From an uncultured Acidobacteriota bacterium (GTDB lineage: Bacteria > Acidobacteriota > Terriglobia > Acidiferrales > UBA7541), in NCBI GenBank assembly GCA_963733775.1, contig CAVTEE010000004.1, positions 5,060 to 69,059 of the forward strand: a stretch of 64,000 nt of DNA, written 5' to 3'. The notes under the pieces were generated by a model. The model ran no database searches. It saw only the letters and a program-made list of their open reading frames with translations, and had not been told where the DNA came from. The position numbers and the translations under genes were made by a program. This document shows, piece by piece, positions 56,059 to 64,000 of this stretch; position 1 is the first letter of the stretch, and each line of letters begins with the position of its first letter.

Positions 56059-57565
56059 GAGGCTGTGACTAAATTAGCGGGCGAGGCGTGTGTTCGAAGT
56101 GCTGAGCCCTTTGTTGCTGATGATCTGTTGCGCCGACTGCTTTGCCGGACCGCTTGTGCGATTCATCTCCGTGTCCCTGCTTGGTTATTGCTGCAATGCC
56201 GTGGCGAAATGCATCAGGTTGTAGGCCAGCGCGCACCACAGCGCGACACAACGTGCTTTGTTTAGGCCGCGAACCGTAATTTGCGTCAAACCCCGATAAC
56301 TGCGCAGGTCCGCATTGATGGTTTCGCTGGTCGCCGCTCGCTGCCGGTAAATTTTCTGCCCCTCCTCGCTGGCCATGCGCTGCTTCCAGGCTTGTAGCGC
56401 TGCGCTATCTCCTCTGTGCAGTTCCAGCTCCCGCCCGCGATTCTTGGCCGTGCGCGCTCCTTTGGGAGGCACGAATAATTCCACCCTTTGTTGGTGCGCG
56501 CGTTCGATGTCCCGGTTGCGCAAGTAGCCGCCGTCCAGCAATTGCTGCTGTACCTTTCTTCCGCTGCGGCGCTCCACTTGCTCGCGCATCGCTTCGCTCA
56601 GTCCGCACGAAGCATAGCCCTGGTTGCTCACCTCCACTCCCAGGATCGCCCGGCTTTGCGGGTCGCTGGCCACTTGCACGTTGTACGCGGCGTTGTATCC
56701 GCCGTTGGGCATTTTCATCACTCGCGCTTGCGGGTCGCTGCTGCTCACCCGCAACTCTTGGTTCCGAATCTTCTGCCCGTATTTTCCTTGGCCCGCCCGG
56801 CTGGCGCGTTCCTGCTGGCGCTGCTGCAGCTCCGGTAGTTGCGCCAGCGCTTGTTCCAAACGCCGCTGCCTTTCTTGGGCCACCCGCTGCTCCCCCTTTT
56901 TCTTCTGCACCGCGGCAACCGACAACTTTTCCGGCTCCTCGACTTGCCGCCGAAGTTCCGCTACGTGCTTTTGGCTTTCCCCCAGCAACTTGCGCAGCCG
57001 CTGTTCACGTCGAAAACTGGACGCTCCCGCGCTCACCCGCACCCGCACTCCGTCCTGGCTCACCCGGCTTACCGATACCAGTTCCTGATCCACCAGCGAG
57101 GCCAGCACCTGGGTGAACAACTGGTCCAGTGCTTCGCCGTGATCGGTCCGAAAATCCGACAGCATCCGGTGGTTCACTCCCACCCCGCCGCACAGCCAGC
57201 GAAACGGCGTACTTTCCTCGCAGCGCCGCGCCAGCTCTCGCGCTGACCCGATCCCGCGGATGCAGCCATACAGCCACAACGCCACCAGCAACTCCGGATC
57301 GGTCGCGTCTCGGCCAGCTACTCCTTCACGCGCTTTGATCGGCTCACGAAAGGCCGACAGATCCAGTTTAGCTACCACCGCCGCCACCGTGCGTACCCCG
57401 TGCGTGGCCGCCACTAAATCGTCCGGGCACTGCGGCACCAACGCCATCTGCCGTCGCTCCGGCCTTCGTAACCGCACCTCTCCAACCACTTCCCCTGCTC
57501 CCGAATAGCTCATGTATCCATATAACCGAAAACGACCTCAATCCCACAAAAAAAGTCACAGCCTC
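56059..57565 (-). mobile_element. IS1182-family (IS5-like) insertion sequence, 1507 bp, inserted into a family-A repeat
   Basis: Terminal inverted repeats GAGGCTGTGACT (56059-56070) and AGTCACAGCCTC (57554-57565). Flanking direct repeat CGA (56056-56058 / 57566-57568; could be read as up to TCCGA). Single transposase ORF inside. Confidence 0.8.
56185..57513 (-). CDS. IS1182-family transposase (InsH-type N-terminal domain + DDE domain)
   Basis: 442 aa; GRDATDPELLVALWLYGCIRGIGSARELARRCEESTPFRWLCGG matches the DUF772/InsH N-terminal pattern. The family assignment is from memory. Confidence 0.8.
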   Translation of the reverse strand: MSYSGAGEVVGEVRLRRPERRQMALVPQCPDDLVAATHGVRTVAAVVAKLDLSAFREPIKAREGVAGRDATDPELLVALWLYGCIRGIGSARELARRCEESTPFRWLCGGVGVNHRMLSDFRTDHGEALDQLFTQVLASLVDQELVSVSRVSQDGVRVRVSAGASSFRREQRLRKLLGESQKHVAELRRQVEEPEKLSVAAVQKKKGEQRVAQERQRRLEQALAQLPELQQRQQERASRAGQGKYGQKIRNQELRVSSSDPQARVMKMPNGGYNAAYNVQVASDPQSRAILGVEVSNQGYASCGLSEAMREQVERRSGRKVQQQLLDGGYLRNRDIERAHQQRVELFVPPKGARTAKNRGRELELHRGDSAALQAWKQRMASEEGQKIYRQRAATSETINADLRSYRGLTQITVRGLNKARCVALWCALAYNLMHFATALQQ

Positions 57566-57655
57566 CGACCGGAGCGGTCCGACGCCTTTTCTTGTCATTC
57601 GCTCCTGCGAATGAGTCGGACCGGGTAGTGGAGAAATCTCTCTTCGATCTCTCCG
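57566..57655 (+). repeat. family-A palindromic repeat, copy A2 (right part; left part is 56046-56058 on the other side of the IS)
   Basis: cgaccggagcggtccgacgccttttcttgtcattcgctcctgcgaatgagtcggaccgggtagtggagaaatctctcttcgatctc. Confidence 0.85.
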
Positions 57656-57782
57656 GAGCATCACCAACTCTCGTTCGCGAGGCTTCTTCCGAGCCTCTGT
57701 TTGACAGTGCGATTTCTCCCGAACCCGTTCACAATAGATACCGTCACATAAATTCATCCGAAACACTGGACGCACGTAAACT

Positions 57783-59294
57783 ATGCTCGAACGCCTACAA
57801 AAAATAATCGCCCGCGCCGGTATCGCCTCTCGCCGCCACGCCGAACAACTCATCCTCAGCGGCCAAGTCCGCGTCAACGGCCACGTCGTCACTGAACTCG
57901 GTTCCAAAGCCGACGCCAAAGAAGACCGCATCGAAGCCGCTGGCAAACTCGTCGAAGCCAACGAGCGCCGCGTCTACATCATCTTGAACAAGCCTCCGGA
58001 AGTCGTCTCCACAATGGCCGATCCCGAAGGCCGCAAAACGCTGCGAAATTGCCTCAAAGGTTTACCCGAGCGCGTATACCCCGTCGGCCGTCTCGACTAT
58101 GACGCCAGCGGCCTGGTTTTTTTAACCAACGACGGCGATCTCGCCGCCGAAATGCTGAAAGATTGGGGCAACCTTCAGCAGCATTACCACGTAAAAATCA
58201 AAGGCCGCCTCATGATGGAAGATCTCGAGCGCCTCGGCCGCAATGCCGCAGCCACCATCCGCACCGTTCGCCAACCCGACGCCACCCGCGGTCACGCCGA
58301 AAATTTCTGGTATGAAGTAGCCTTGCAGGACTCCAAAAAAGACATTCTCCGCCGCGTCCTCTTTGCCGAAAAACATCCCGTCGAAAAATTAAAACGCATC
58401 GGGCTAGGCCCGCTCACTCTGGAAGGCCTGCCTCAAGGGCGTTACCGCCTGCTCGTCGACAAAGAAGTCGACGACCTTCGCCGCGCCATGAAAATACCCC
58501 CGAAGCCCCGCATGTCGTACGTGCCACCCCAGGATTCCCTAACGCAAAACGACGCAACAGTCATCCACGCTGCGCCGCAACCTCCCGCAAATAAATATTT
58601 TGAAAAGCGCCGCCCGGAAAATAAATACCGCCCCGCCGCTGCGAATCGTCCCGCGCATCGCAAGCATGGCCCAAGGCCGAGCCGCCCACCCTTAACCCAG
58701 GATCGTGAGGGTTATCCGAATCAGGAATCAGGTTTAGATCGGCCGCCAACGGATCGACGCCCAAAGTGGGGGCAAAATCAAGGTTCTCGCAGCCAGGAAA
58801 ATCGCAGCGAGCAGCGCCCTCCCGATCGCTCAGGCTCTGGCCGTCCCTCGAATCCCGGGCGCCCCTCCACTCCCGGGCGCCCCAACAAATGGAATCAGAA
58901 TCGCGGCCCACAAAGCGGCGGCTCAAGTACGGAAGGCTCGCGACCGCCCCGCCCTTTTAATTCAGGGCGCCCCTCAGGCCCCGGCCGTCCCTCGAATCCC
59001 GGGCGCCCCAACAAATGGAATCAGAATCGCGGCTCACAAAGCGGCGGCTCAAGTACGGAAGGCTCGCGACCGCCCCGCCCTTTTAATTCAGGGCGCCCCC
59101 CAGGTCCCGGCCGTCCCTCCAATCCCGGTCGCCCCAACAAATGGAATCAGAATCGCGGCCCACAAAGCGGCGGTTCCAGCACAGAAGGCTCGCGGCCACA
59201 CCGCCCCTCTGGCCCCGGCCGTCCCACCAATTCCTACAAAGGAAAAAATCCTCGCAAGCCATTCAGGCCGAATCCCCACTTGAGGCCGCAATAA
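57783..59294 (+). CDS. rluB: RluB/RsuA-family rRNA pseudouridine synthase with ~250-aa Arg/Gly/Pro-rich repeat tail
   Basis: S4 domain LQKIIARAGIASRRHAEQLILSGQVRVNG; catalytic PVGRLDYDASGLVFLTNDGDL. Confidence 0.85.
   Translation: MLERLQKIIARAGIASRRHAEQLILSGQVRVNGHVVTELGSKADAKEDRIEAAGKLVEANERRVYIILNKPPEVVSTMADPEGRKTLRNCLKGLPERVYPVGRLDYDASGLVFLTNDGDLAAEMLKDWGNLQQHYHVKIKGRLMMEDLERLGRNAAATIRTVRQPDATRGHAENFWYEVALQDSKKDILRRVLFAEKHPVEKLKRIGLGPLTLEGLPQGRYRLLVDKEVDDLRRAMKIPPKPRMSYVPPQDSLTQNDATVIHAAPQPPANKYFEKRRPENKYRPAAANRPAHRKHGPRPSRPPLTQDREGYPNQESGLDRPPTDRRPKWGQNQGSRSQENRSEQRPPDRSGSGRPSNPGRPSTPGRPNKWNQNRGPQSGGSSTEGSRPPRPFNSGRPSGPGRPSNPGRPNKWNQNRGSQSGGSSTEGSRPPRPFNSGRPPGPGRPSNPGRPNKWNQNRGPQSGGSSTEGSRPHRPSGPGRPTNSYKGKNPRKPFRPNPHLRPQ
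58839..59240 (+). repeat. in-frame tandem repeat (units 144, 126 and ~118 bp) in the rluB tail
   Basis: ggccgtccctc(g/c)aatccc recurs at 58839, 58983 and 59109, with a diverged ggccgtcccacc at 59227. It encodes GRPSNPGRPNKWNQNRG(P/S)QSGGSSTEGSRPPRPFNSGRP(S/P)GP three times. Confidence 0.9.
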
Positions 59295-59325
59295 ACCCGT
59301 TCGCGAGATGTAAACGCACATCGCC

Positions 59326-59766
59326 ATGAAAACATCCATCCCCGATAAATGGCCGCAAAGCACAGACGCAATCGGCGACATCCTCAAAAACCTCAAGGCC
59401 ATCGCGGTCGTCGGCCTCTCATCGAATCCACGGCGTCCCAGTTTCGGCGTCGCTCAATACATGCAGTCAGCCGGCTATCGCATCATCCCCGTAAATCCAA
59501 ACGAAACCGAGGTCCTCGGCGAAAAATCTTACCCACGTCTCGAAGACATCCCAAAATCGCAACCCATCGAAATTGTCGACATTTTTCGCCGCTCCGAAAA
59601 CATCCCACCAGTCGTCGACGGCGCCATCGCCATCGGCGCAAAAGTAATCTGGATGCAGCAGGGAATCGAACACCAAAACGCCGCCGACAAAGCCCGGGCC
59701 GCCGGCCTCTTCGTAGTCGAAGACGCCTGCATCCTCATCGAACATCGCCTCCGTCGCCACCGTTAA
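59326..59766 (+). CDS. CoA-binding protein (YccU/YneT family)
   Basis: 146 aa; IAVVGLSSNPRRPSFGVAQYMQSAGYRIIPVNP, typical of the CoA_binding_2 family. Confidence 0.8.
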   Translation: MKTSIPDKWPQSTDAIGDILKNLKAIAVVGLSSNPRRPSFGVAQYMQSAGYRIIPVNPNETEVLGEKSYPRLEDIPKSQPIEIVDIFRRSENIPPVVDGAIAIGAKVIWMQQGIEHQNAADKARAAGLFVVEDACILIEHRLRRHR

Positions 59767-59791
59767 ACGGTAAACGGATGGTGTCGGGTGC

Positions 59792-59822
59792 CCCGGCTTC
59801 GCAGTTGAGGTATGAAGCCGGG
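59792..59822 (+). terminator. possible terminator hairpin between convergent genes
   Basis: 9-bp stem CCCGGCTTC - 13-nt loop - GAAGCCGGG, followed by tcttggggttgattttta. The U-tract is weak. Confidence 0.3.
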
Positions 59823-59870
59823 TCTTGGGGTTGATTTTTATCAGTTAACTGTGGACGTGATCTCTTCGGT

Positions 59871-61031
59871 TCACTGCACCGACAAAGGAAACACCGACAA
59901 ACTATGTTTCCCCACGCCGATAACTCCAAGTAATTTCCCATCCGCCGAAATTCCAAAATCCCGAAACCCAATCTCCCGCAAAATCGGCCGCGGCCCAGGC
60001 ACCGCCACCGCAATCTCTAGCCCATCCGTCATCTCAGCCAGTTCCGGCAAATCGATCCACGCCAACTCCCCAGTTTTCTTCTCCACCGCCCGCTTCAACA
60101 ACACCCGCTGCTCATCCGGCGCCCAGTGAAAAACACCCAGCCCCGCTCGCACCCGCGCCACCCGATGTGGAGAACCCAACTCCCGAATTTCCAAAATTTC
60201 CTTATCAATAAAGTACGCAACTTTCTTTCCGCTAGGTGAAACCGAAAGCCCGCCCGCAAAGTCTTGCAGCGTAGCCAACTCCTTATCATCCTGCGCCAGC
60301 AAGTCCAGGCGCATCAATCGCGGCGGTCCGGTCTGCGCGCGATCTTGTTCCACCGCAATTGCCACATTCGTCCCGTTAATCGCGTCCGCACCCAAAAACG
60401 TCCGGCCCTCAAAAGCCGCGCCCGCTGGCCCCGTCGCCACATTCGTATATTGAAACGAATACAGCGCCCTCGGCTTCACCGCCTCCGTCACATAAACAAT
60501 CGTAGCGTTATCTTTCAGCCAGAAAGCATTCGCCGAATCCCGTATCACGTTGTCGCCGCCGTTAATGCGCACTTCCTTGCCGTTTTCGTCCAGCACCACC
60601 GTCATGAACGAATCCTGAGTCTTCCCACTGTCGTCAATCACCGAAGTCACGAAAAGCCGCGCCAGTATGACCCGCCCATTAGGCGACCACCGAAACGAAT
60701 CCACCGCGTAGCTTAACGGCGTGTTCCCATATTTGAATTTGTCCCCCTGCAGCAGCCTCCGCTTCTTCCCATTCGTCTCCAGCAGCCAGATATCGTCGTG
60801 CTCCAGGTCATACAATTTGGTCTTCACGTTGTGCCGCACGGAATAAACAATTCGCCCATCCGGCCCAAACGCAAACGCGCTGATGTCCTCATCAATGCTC
60901 TGCAGCGGCTTCTCGAAATCTACGACCTGCGACCGGGCGGCGGGAACCTTGCAACATCCAAACACCGCACACACCAGTGCGCACAATCCGCGGAGCCACC
61001 TCAACCGGCTGCGCGAACACGGGCAAATCAT
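59871..61031 (-). CDS. hypothetical exported protein (possibly beta-propeller-like)
   Basis: 386-aa ORF with hydrophobic N-terminus LRGLCALVCAVFGCC. Repetitive beta-strand-like segments. No family recognised with confidence. Confidence 0.55.
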   Translation of the reverse strand: MICPCSRSRLRWLRGLCALVCAVFGCCKVPAARSQVVDFEKPLQSIDEDISAFAFGPDGRIVYSVRHNVKTKLYDLEHDDIWLLETNGKKRRLLQGDKFKYGNTPLSYAVDSFRWSPNGRVILARLFVTSVIDDSGKTQDSFMTVVLDENGKEVRINGGDNVIRDSANAFWLKDNATIVYVTEAVKPRALYSFQYTNVATGPAGAAFEGRTFLGADAINGTNVAIAVEQDRAQTGPPRLMRLDLLAQDDKELATLQDFAGGLSVSPSGKKVAYFIDKEILEIRELGSPHRVARVRAGLGVFHWAPDEQRVLLKRAVEKKTGELAWIDLPELAEMTDGLEIAVAVPGPRPILREIGFRDFGISADGKLLGVIGVGKHSLSVFPLSVQ

Positions 61032-61188
61032 CGATTGTCCCTGGAATTCACTACGATTTGAATATGCTCCCCATCAACGTCAATTCAGTAATCGATCCGC
61101 TGTAAATCGGTGCTAACTCCGGCACTCGAAAAAAGCTAGAAAAAATGTTCGCTCGGGCGAAAGAACTTTTCAAACCCTACGCGAAAAC

Positions 61189-61285
61189 GGTCATTCCGAA
61201 CGAAGCAGGCCGACGCTTTTTCTTCTCATTCGCTCCTGCGAATGAGTCGGCCTGCGCAGTCGAGGAATCTCTCTTCGATCCCTCG
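61189..61285 (+). repeat. family-A palindromic repeat, copy A3
   Basis: ggtcattccgaacgaagcaggccgacgctttttcttctcattcgctcctgcgaatgagtcggcctgcgcagtcgaggaatctctcttcgatccc. Confidence 0.85.
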
Positions 61286-61315
61286 CGAAGCCAAGTCATC
61301 CACTCCCACTCCACA

Positions 61316-62692
61316 CTACTTCACTCCTTCGCCCCCCACCCCTCGCACCTTCAACTTCCGTATCTCCTCCAACCTCTGCCGCAGTCGCGCTTCAAAACCT
61401 TGATCGGTCGGCTTGTAGTAAGTCCGCCCAGCCAGATTATCCGGCAAGCAAGTCATATCCGTAACCTTCTCCTCAAAATTGTGTGCGTATTTATATCCCT
61501 CGCCATATCCAACATTTTTCATCAGTCCAGTAACCGCGTTTCGCAAATGCAACGGCACTGGATCCGCTTCCGTCTTCGCGACATCCTCCATCGCCTCGCC
61601 ATGCGCGGTGTACAGCGCATTCGACTTCGGAGCCAACGACAAATACACCGCCGCCTGCGCCAGAGCCAAGTGGCCTTCCGGCGCGCCCAGAAAATCAAAA
61701 GCATCCTTAGCCGCCAACGTCACCGCCAGCGCGCCAGGCTCCGCCAATCCAATATCCTCACTCGCCATGCGCACCAAACGCCGCGCCAAATACAACGCAT
61801 CCTCGCCCGATTCCAGCATGCGCGTCAGCCAATATAGCGCCGCATCCGGATCCGAATTGCGCACCGACTTATGCAGCGCCGAAATTAAATTAAAATGCTC
61901 TTCTCCGGCCTTGTCGTACCGCAACAACTTCCGCTGCAAAATATCTTCCAGCAGCAACGGCGTAATCGACAGCACCCCGTCCCTGTCGCGGATCGCGCTA
62001 CGCGCCGCCAGCTCCAGCGTGTTATATGCCGACCGCGCGTCGCCATTCGCAAACGAAGCGATGCGCATCAACACGTCGTCGCTGGCCTCAAATTGTTCGT
62101 TGCCTAGTCCGTGCTCTTTGTCCAGCAGCGCGCGCCGCAACAGTTCCGCAATCAAAGGCGTCGGCAGCGCCGCCAGAATGTACACCTTGGTCCGCGACAA
62201 CAGCGGCGAAATCACCTCAAACGAAGGATTTTCCGTCGTCGCCCCGATAAACGTAATGTGTCCCGCTTCCACGTACGGCAAGAACGCATCCTGCTGCGCT
62301 TTATTAAATCGGTGCACCTCGTCCACAAATACAATCGTACGGTGTCCCGATCGCGACTTGCGCTCCGCAACTGCCATCACTTCTTTTATTTCTTTTATCC
62401 CCGCCAGCACCGCGCTGAACGACACAAATTCCGAGCGCGTTAGTCGCGCAATCAATCGCGCCAGCGTCGTCTTCCCGCATCCGGGCGGACCCCACAGCAG
62501 CATCGACCCAATATCGTCATTTTCAATTTGCGTGCGAAGCGGTTTTCCCGGTCCCAGTAATTTCTCTTGCCCAATAAATTCGTCCAGCGTACGCGGGCGC
62601 ATGCGCTCCGCCAACGGCTGGTGCGCCGCGGGTACATCCGACTCCAGGGAGTTTCCGCCCGGGCCCAATGGTATTTTGTTGAATAAGCTCAC
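61316..62692 (-). CDS. rarA: replication-associated recombination protein A (AAA+ ATPase)
   Basis: LLWGPPGCGKTTLARLIA, IVFVDEVHRFNKAQQDAFLPYVE, and a MgsA C-terminal domain (HFNLISALHKSVRNSDPDAALYWL). Confidence 0.92.
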   Translation of the reverse strand: MSLFNKIPLGPGGNSLESDVPAAHQPLAERMRPRTLDEFIGQEKLLGPGKPLRTQIENDDIGSMLLWGPPGCGKTTLARLIARLTRSEFVSFSAVLAGIKEIKEVMAVAERKSRSGHRTIVFVDEVHRFNKAQQDAFLPYVEAGHITFIGATTENPSFEVISPLLSRTKVYILAALPTPLIAELLRRALLDKEHGLGNEQFEASDDVLMRIASFANGDARSAYNTLELAARSAIRDRDGVLSITPLLLEDILQRKLLRYDKAGEEHFNLISALHKSVRNSDPDAALYWLTRMLESGEDALYLARRLVRMASEDIGLAEPGALAVTLAAKDAFDFLGAPEGHLALAQAAVYLSLAPKSNALYTAHGEAMEDVAKTEADPVPLHLRNAVTGLMKNVGYGEGYKYAHNFEEKVTDMTCLPDNLAGRTYYKPTDQGFEARLRQRLEEIRKLKVRGVGGEGVK

Positions 62693-63681
62693 GGCTGTTG
62701 GATGTTCCGCGTACTCAGGGAGTTGCGCTGCCGTGCCGCTTCATAAAACAACACCGCCGCCGCAGCCGCCGCGTTCAGCGATTCGACGCCTCTTGCCATC
62801 GGAATACCTATGCGCGCATCCGCGCTGCGCTCCACTTCTACCGGAAGTCCAGATCCTTCATTACCCACCAGCAACGCCGAAGCCTCGCACCAATCCACTT
62901 CCCACGGCGCCAGCAGCGGCTGCTCGCCCGTCTCCGACTCGTGCACGCTCGACGCCAGCATCCGAAATCCCGCTACCTTCAATTGCGTCATCAAAATTGG
63001 CAGCGGAGTTCCCGACAAAACCGCTAGGTGTAGCGCCGCGCCCGCCGATGCGCGCAACGCTTTAGGAGAAAACGGACTCGCCGTCCCACTTTGTCCCGAG
63101 GCGGAAATCGCCGCTCCAGTCGCGCCAAACGCCGCCGCCGTGCGCAAAATAGTCCCAACGTTGCCTGGATCTTGCACGCCTGCAAGTACGACCAGCAGCG
63201 GAGAACAAACTCCCTCCGGCGTGCGCACCAAATCGTCAAACGTCGTAACCCGCGGTTCGACGAGCGCCGCCACTCCCTGCGGATGTTCGGTGTCCGCCAG
63301 CCCCTCAAAAAGCCGATCCGTCGTTCGCAGCACCGGAAATGCAATTTCTGGCCGCCCAATGAACGGCGCCAGCCGCTCTCGATATCGTGCACCGGCCTCG
63401 CTGAAGAGCACCGCATCGATACGGCATCCTGAACGCAGCGCTTCTTCCACCAGTCGTACGCCTTCCACGCCCACGAATCCCGACTCCGTCGGAATTCCTC
63501 CGCGCAGTGCCATGCGAAATTGTTTCAGCCATCGATTATCTCGGCTGGTAAGTAGGCCGGGTGCGGCCCGGGGTATTGCGAGTTGCCCCGTCGCTGGGCG
63601 TGGTGCCCGCGCTTTGCGCGGCGCACCTGGCGGTCCTTGCGGCGCTCCTGGGGGGATGCTCATCGCCGGAAAGCGTAGCAT
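62689..63681 (-). CDS. TrmH/SpoU-family RNA 2'-O-methyltransferase (RlmB-like)
   Basis: SpoU substrate-binding-like N-terminus (SRDNRWLKQFR...GVEGVRLVEEAL), SPOUT motifs LAGVQDPGNVGTILRTAAAFG, LVGNEGSGL and GVESLNAAAAAAV. The start is uncertain (Pro/Ala-rich leader). Confidence 0.82.
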   Translation of the reverse strand: MLRFPAMSIPPGAPQGPPGAPRKARAPRPATGQLAIPRAAPGLLTSRDNRWLKQFRMALRGGIPTESGFVGVEGVRLVEEALRSGCRIDAVLFSEAGARYRERLAPFIGRPEIAFPVLRTTDRLFEGLADTEHPQGVAALVEPRVTTFDDLVRTPEGVCSPLLVVLAGVQDPGNVGTILRTAAAFGATGAAISASGQSGTASPFSPKALRASAGAALHLAVLSGTPLPILMTQLKVAGFRMLASSVHESETGEQPLLAPWEVDWCEASALLVGNEGSGLPVEVERSADARIGIPMARGVESLNAAAAAAVLFYEAARQRNSLSTRNIQQP

Positions 63682-63763
63682 CCTTCCCCAGCTAAACGCA
63701 CTTCATCAAGCACCTGAGGCCGCTCCACTGGCTGCAATTTGCAGCACTGTGCCGCTGTTTTGT

Positions 63764-64000
63764 TTATCTGAGAATTAGTGCTGGATCAGGATTGAGCGAA
63801 GTGTCGGCAAACACGCCAGCCCGAAAACGTGAATACCCGGCCGCGGCAATCATCGCGGCGTTGTCTGTAGACAGCGCCCGGCTCGGGAAAAATACCTCTA
63901 CACCAGATGAGCTTGCGCGTTTTTCAAATGCGGCGCGCAGTTCACTGTTCGCGGCCACCCCGCCGGATACCAGTATCGACAATGCCGAAATAGTCTCCGC
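63764..64000 (-). CDS. tsaD: tRNA N6-adenosine threonylcarbamoyltransferase, C-terminal part (gene continues past right edge)
   Basis: ...LVSGGVAANSELRAAFEKRA...VFFPSRALSTDNAAMIAAAGY... matches the TsaD/Kae1 C-terminus. The listed start of ORF 63764..63982 is an artefact of truncation. Confidence 0.85.
   Translation of the reverse strand, partial: AETISALSILVSGGVAANSELRAAFEKRASSSGVEVFFPSRALSTDNAAMIAAAGYSRFRAGVFADTSLNPDPALILR

Noticed and set aside
57368-57961. 197-aa minus-strand ORF spanning the IS end, the family-A repeat and the rluB start
   Set aside because: It crosses three unrelated sequence classes and is antisense to rluB, so I consider it spurious.
61479-63065. Very long antisense ORFs. 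Examples: 61479..63065 (528 aa), 62810..63778, 32466..33515, 19309..20019, 50848..51555, 24459..25124, 26041..26802, 45854..46492.
   Set aside because: Each lies opposite a gene with clear family motifs (rarA, TrmH, aroC, valS, acd, bamD, PASTA, CHAD). Their translations are low-complexity R/S/P/A-rich, the typical shadow ORFs of GC-rich DNA.
1-64000. Defence island, prophage, toxin-antitoxin, tRNA or rRNA genes
   Set aside because: I recognised no integrase, phage structural, restriction, Cas, Abi or TA-like genes. No intergenic segment looked like a tRNA cloverleaf or rRNA. The only mobile element is the single IS.

Overview
Dense, mostly housekeeping chromosomal segment. It looks Acidobacteriota/Terriglobia-like, an inference from the CarboxypepD_reg-type TonB receptor, the many low-complexity protein tails and the dispersed palindromic repeats; I cannot verify it here. 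GC-rich by eye. I support about 50 protein genes. Left to right: a partial APC amino-acid permease; UvrD/PcrA helicase; an eight-gene, translationally coupled LPS inner-core operon (waaA-lpxK-waaF-gmhB-hldA-hldC-waaC plus an ICMT-like methyltransferase); comEC-rlmD; coaX-birA-valS; a REC-domain protein with an 18-bp-repeat Glu/Arg-rich segment; bamD; a minus-strand string aroC-def-fmt-TldD-like-PmbA-like-PASTA; a TonB-dependent receptor; mlaE-mlaF-mlaD; two thymidylate-kinase-like genes in one operon with Ppx/GppA, next to SixA, a low-GC orphan ORF and a CHAD protein; an LplT-like MFS transporter; ybiT (ABC-F); an acyl-CoA dehydrogenase; trpS-scpA-scpB; one IS1182-family insertion sequence; rluB; a CoA-binding protein; rarA; a TrmH-family methyltransferase; partial tsaD. 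I saw no rRNA, tRNA, CRISPR, prophage or recognisable defence island. Structure not explained by genes: (i) two families of dispersed palindromic (REP/MITE-like) repeats, one of which forms a tandem array that splits scpA from scpB, while a copy of the other is interrupted by the IS; (ii) two apparent single-base frameshifts (fmt and the TonB receptor) within 3.4 kb; (iii) an 85-codon AT-rich in-frame insertion in trpS; (iv) near-identical in-frame tandem repeats inside the REC protein and rluB. The best candidate for undescribed biology is the coupled thymidylate-kinase-like pair, whose second copy has the Walker-A Lys replaced by Arg, wired to a Ppx/GppA-SixA-CHAD neighbourhood. This is a hypothesis from motifs and gene order only. 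All product calls rest on motifs I recognise by eye in the supplied translations; no database search was run.
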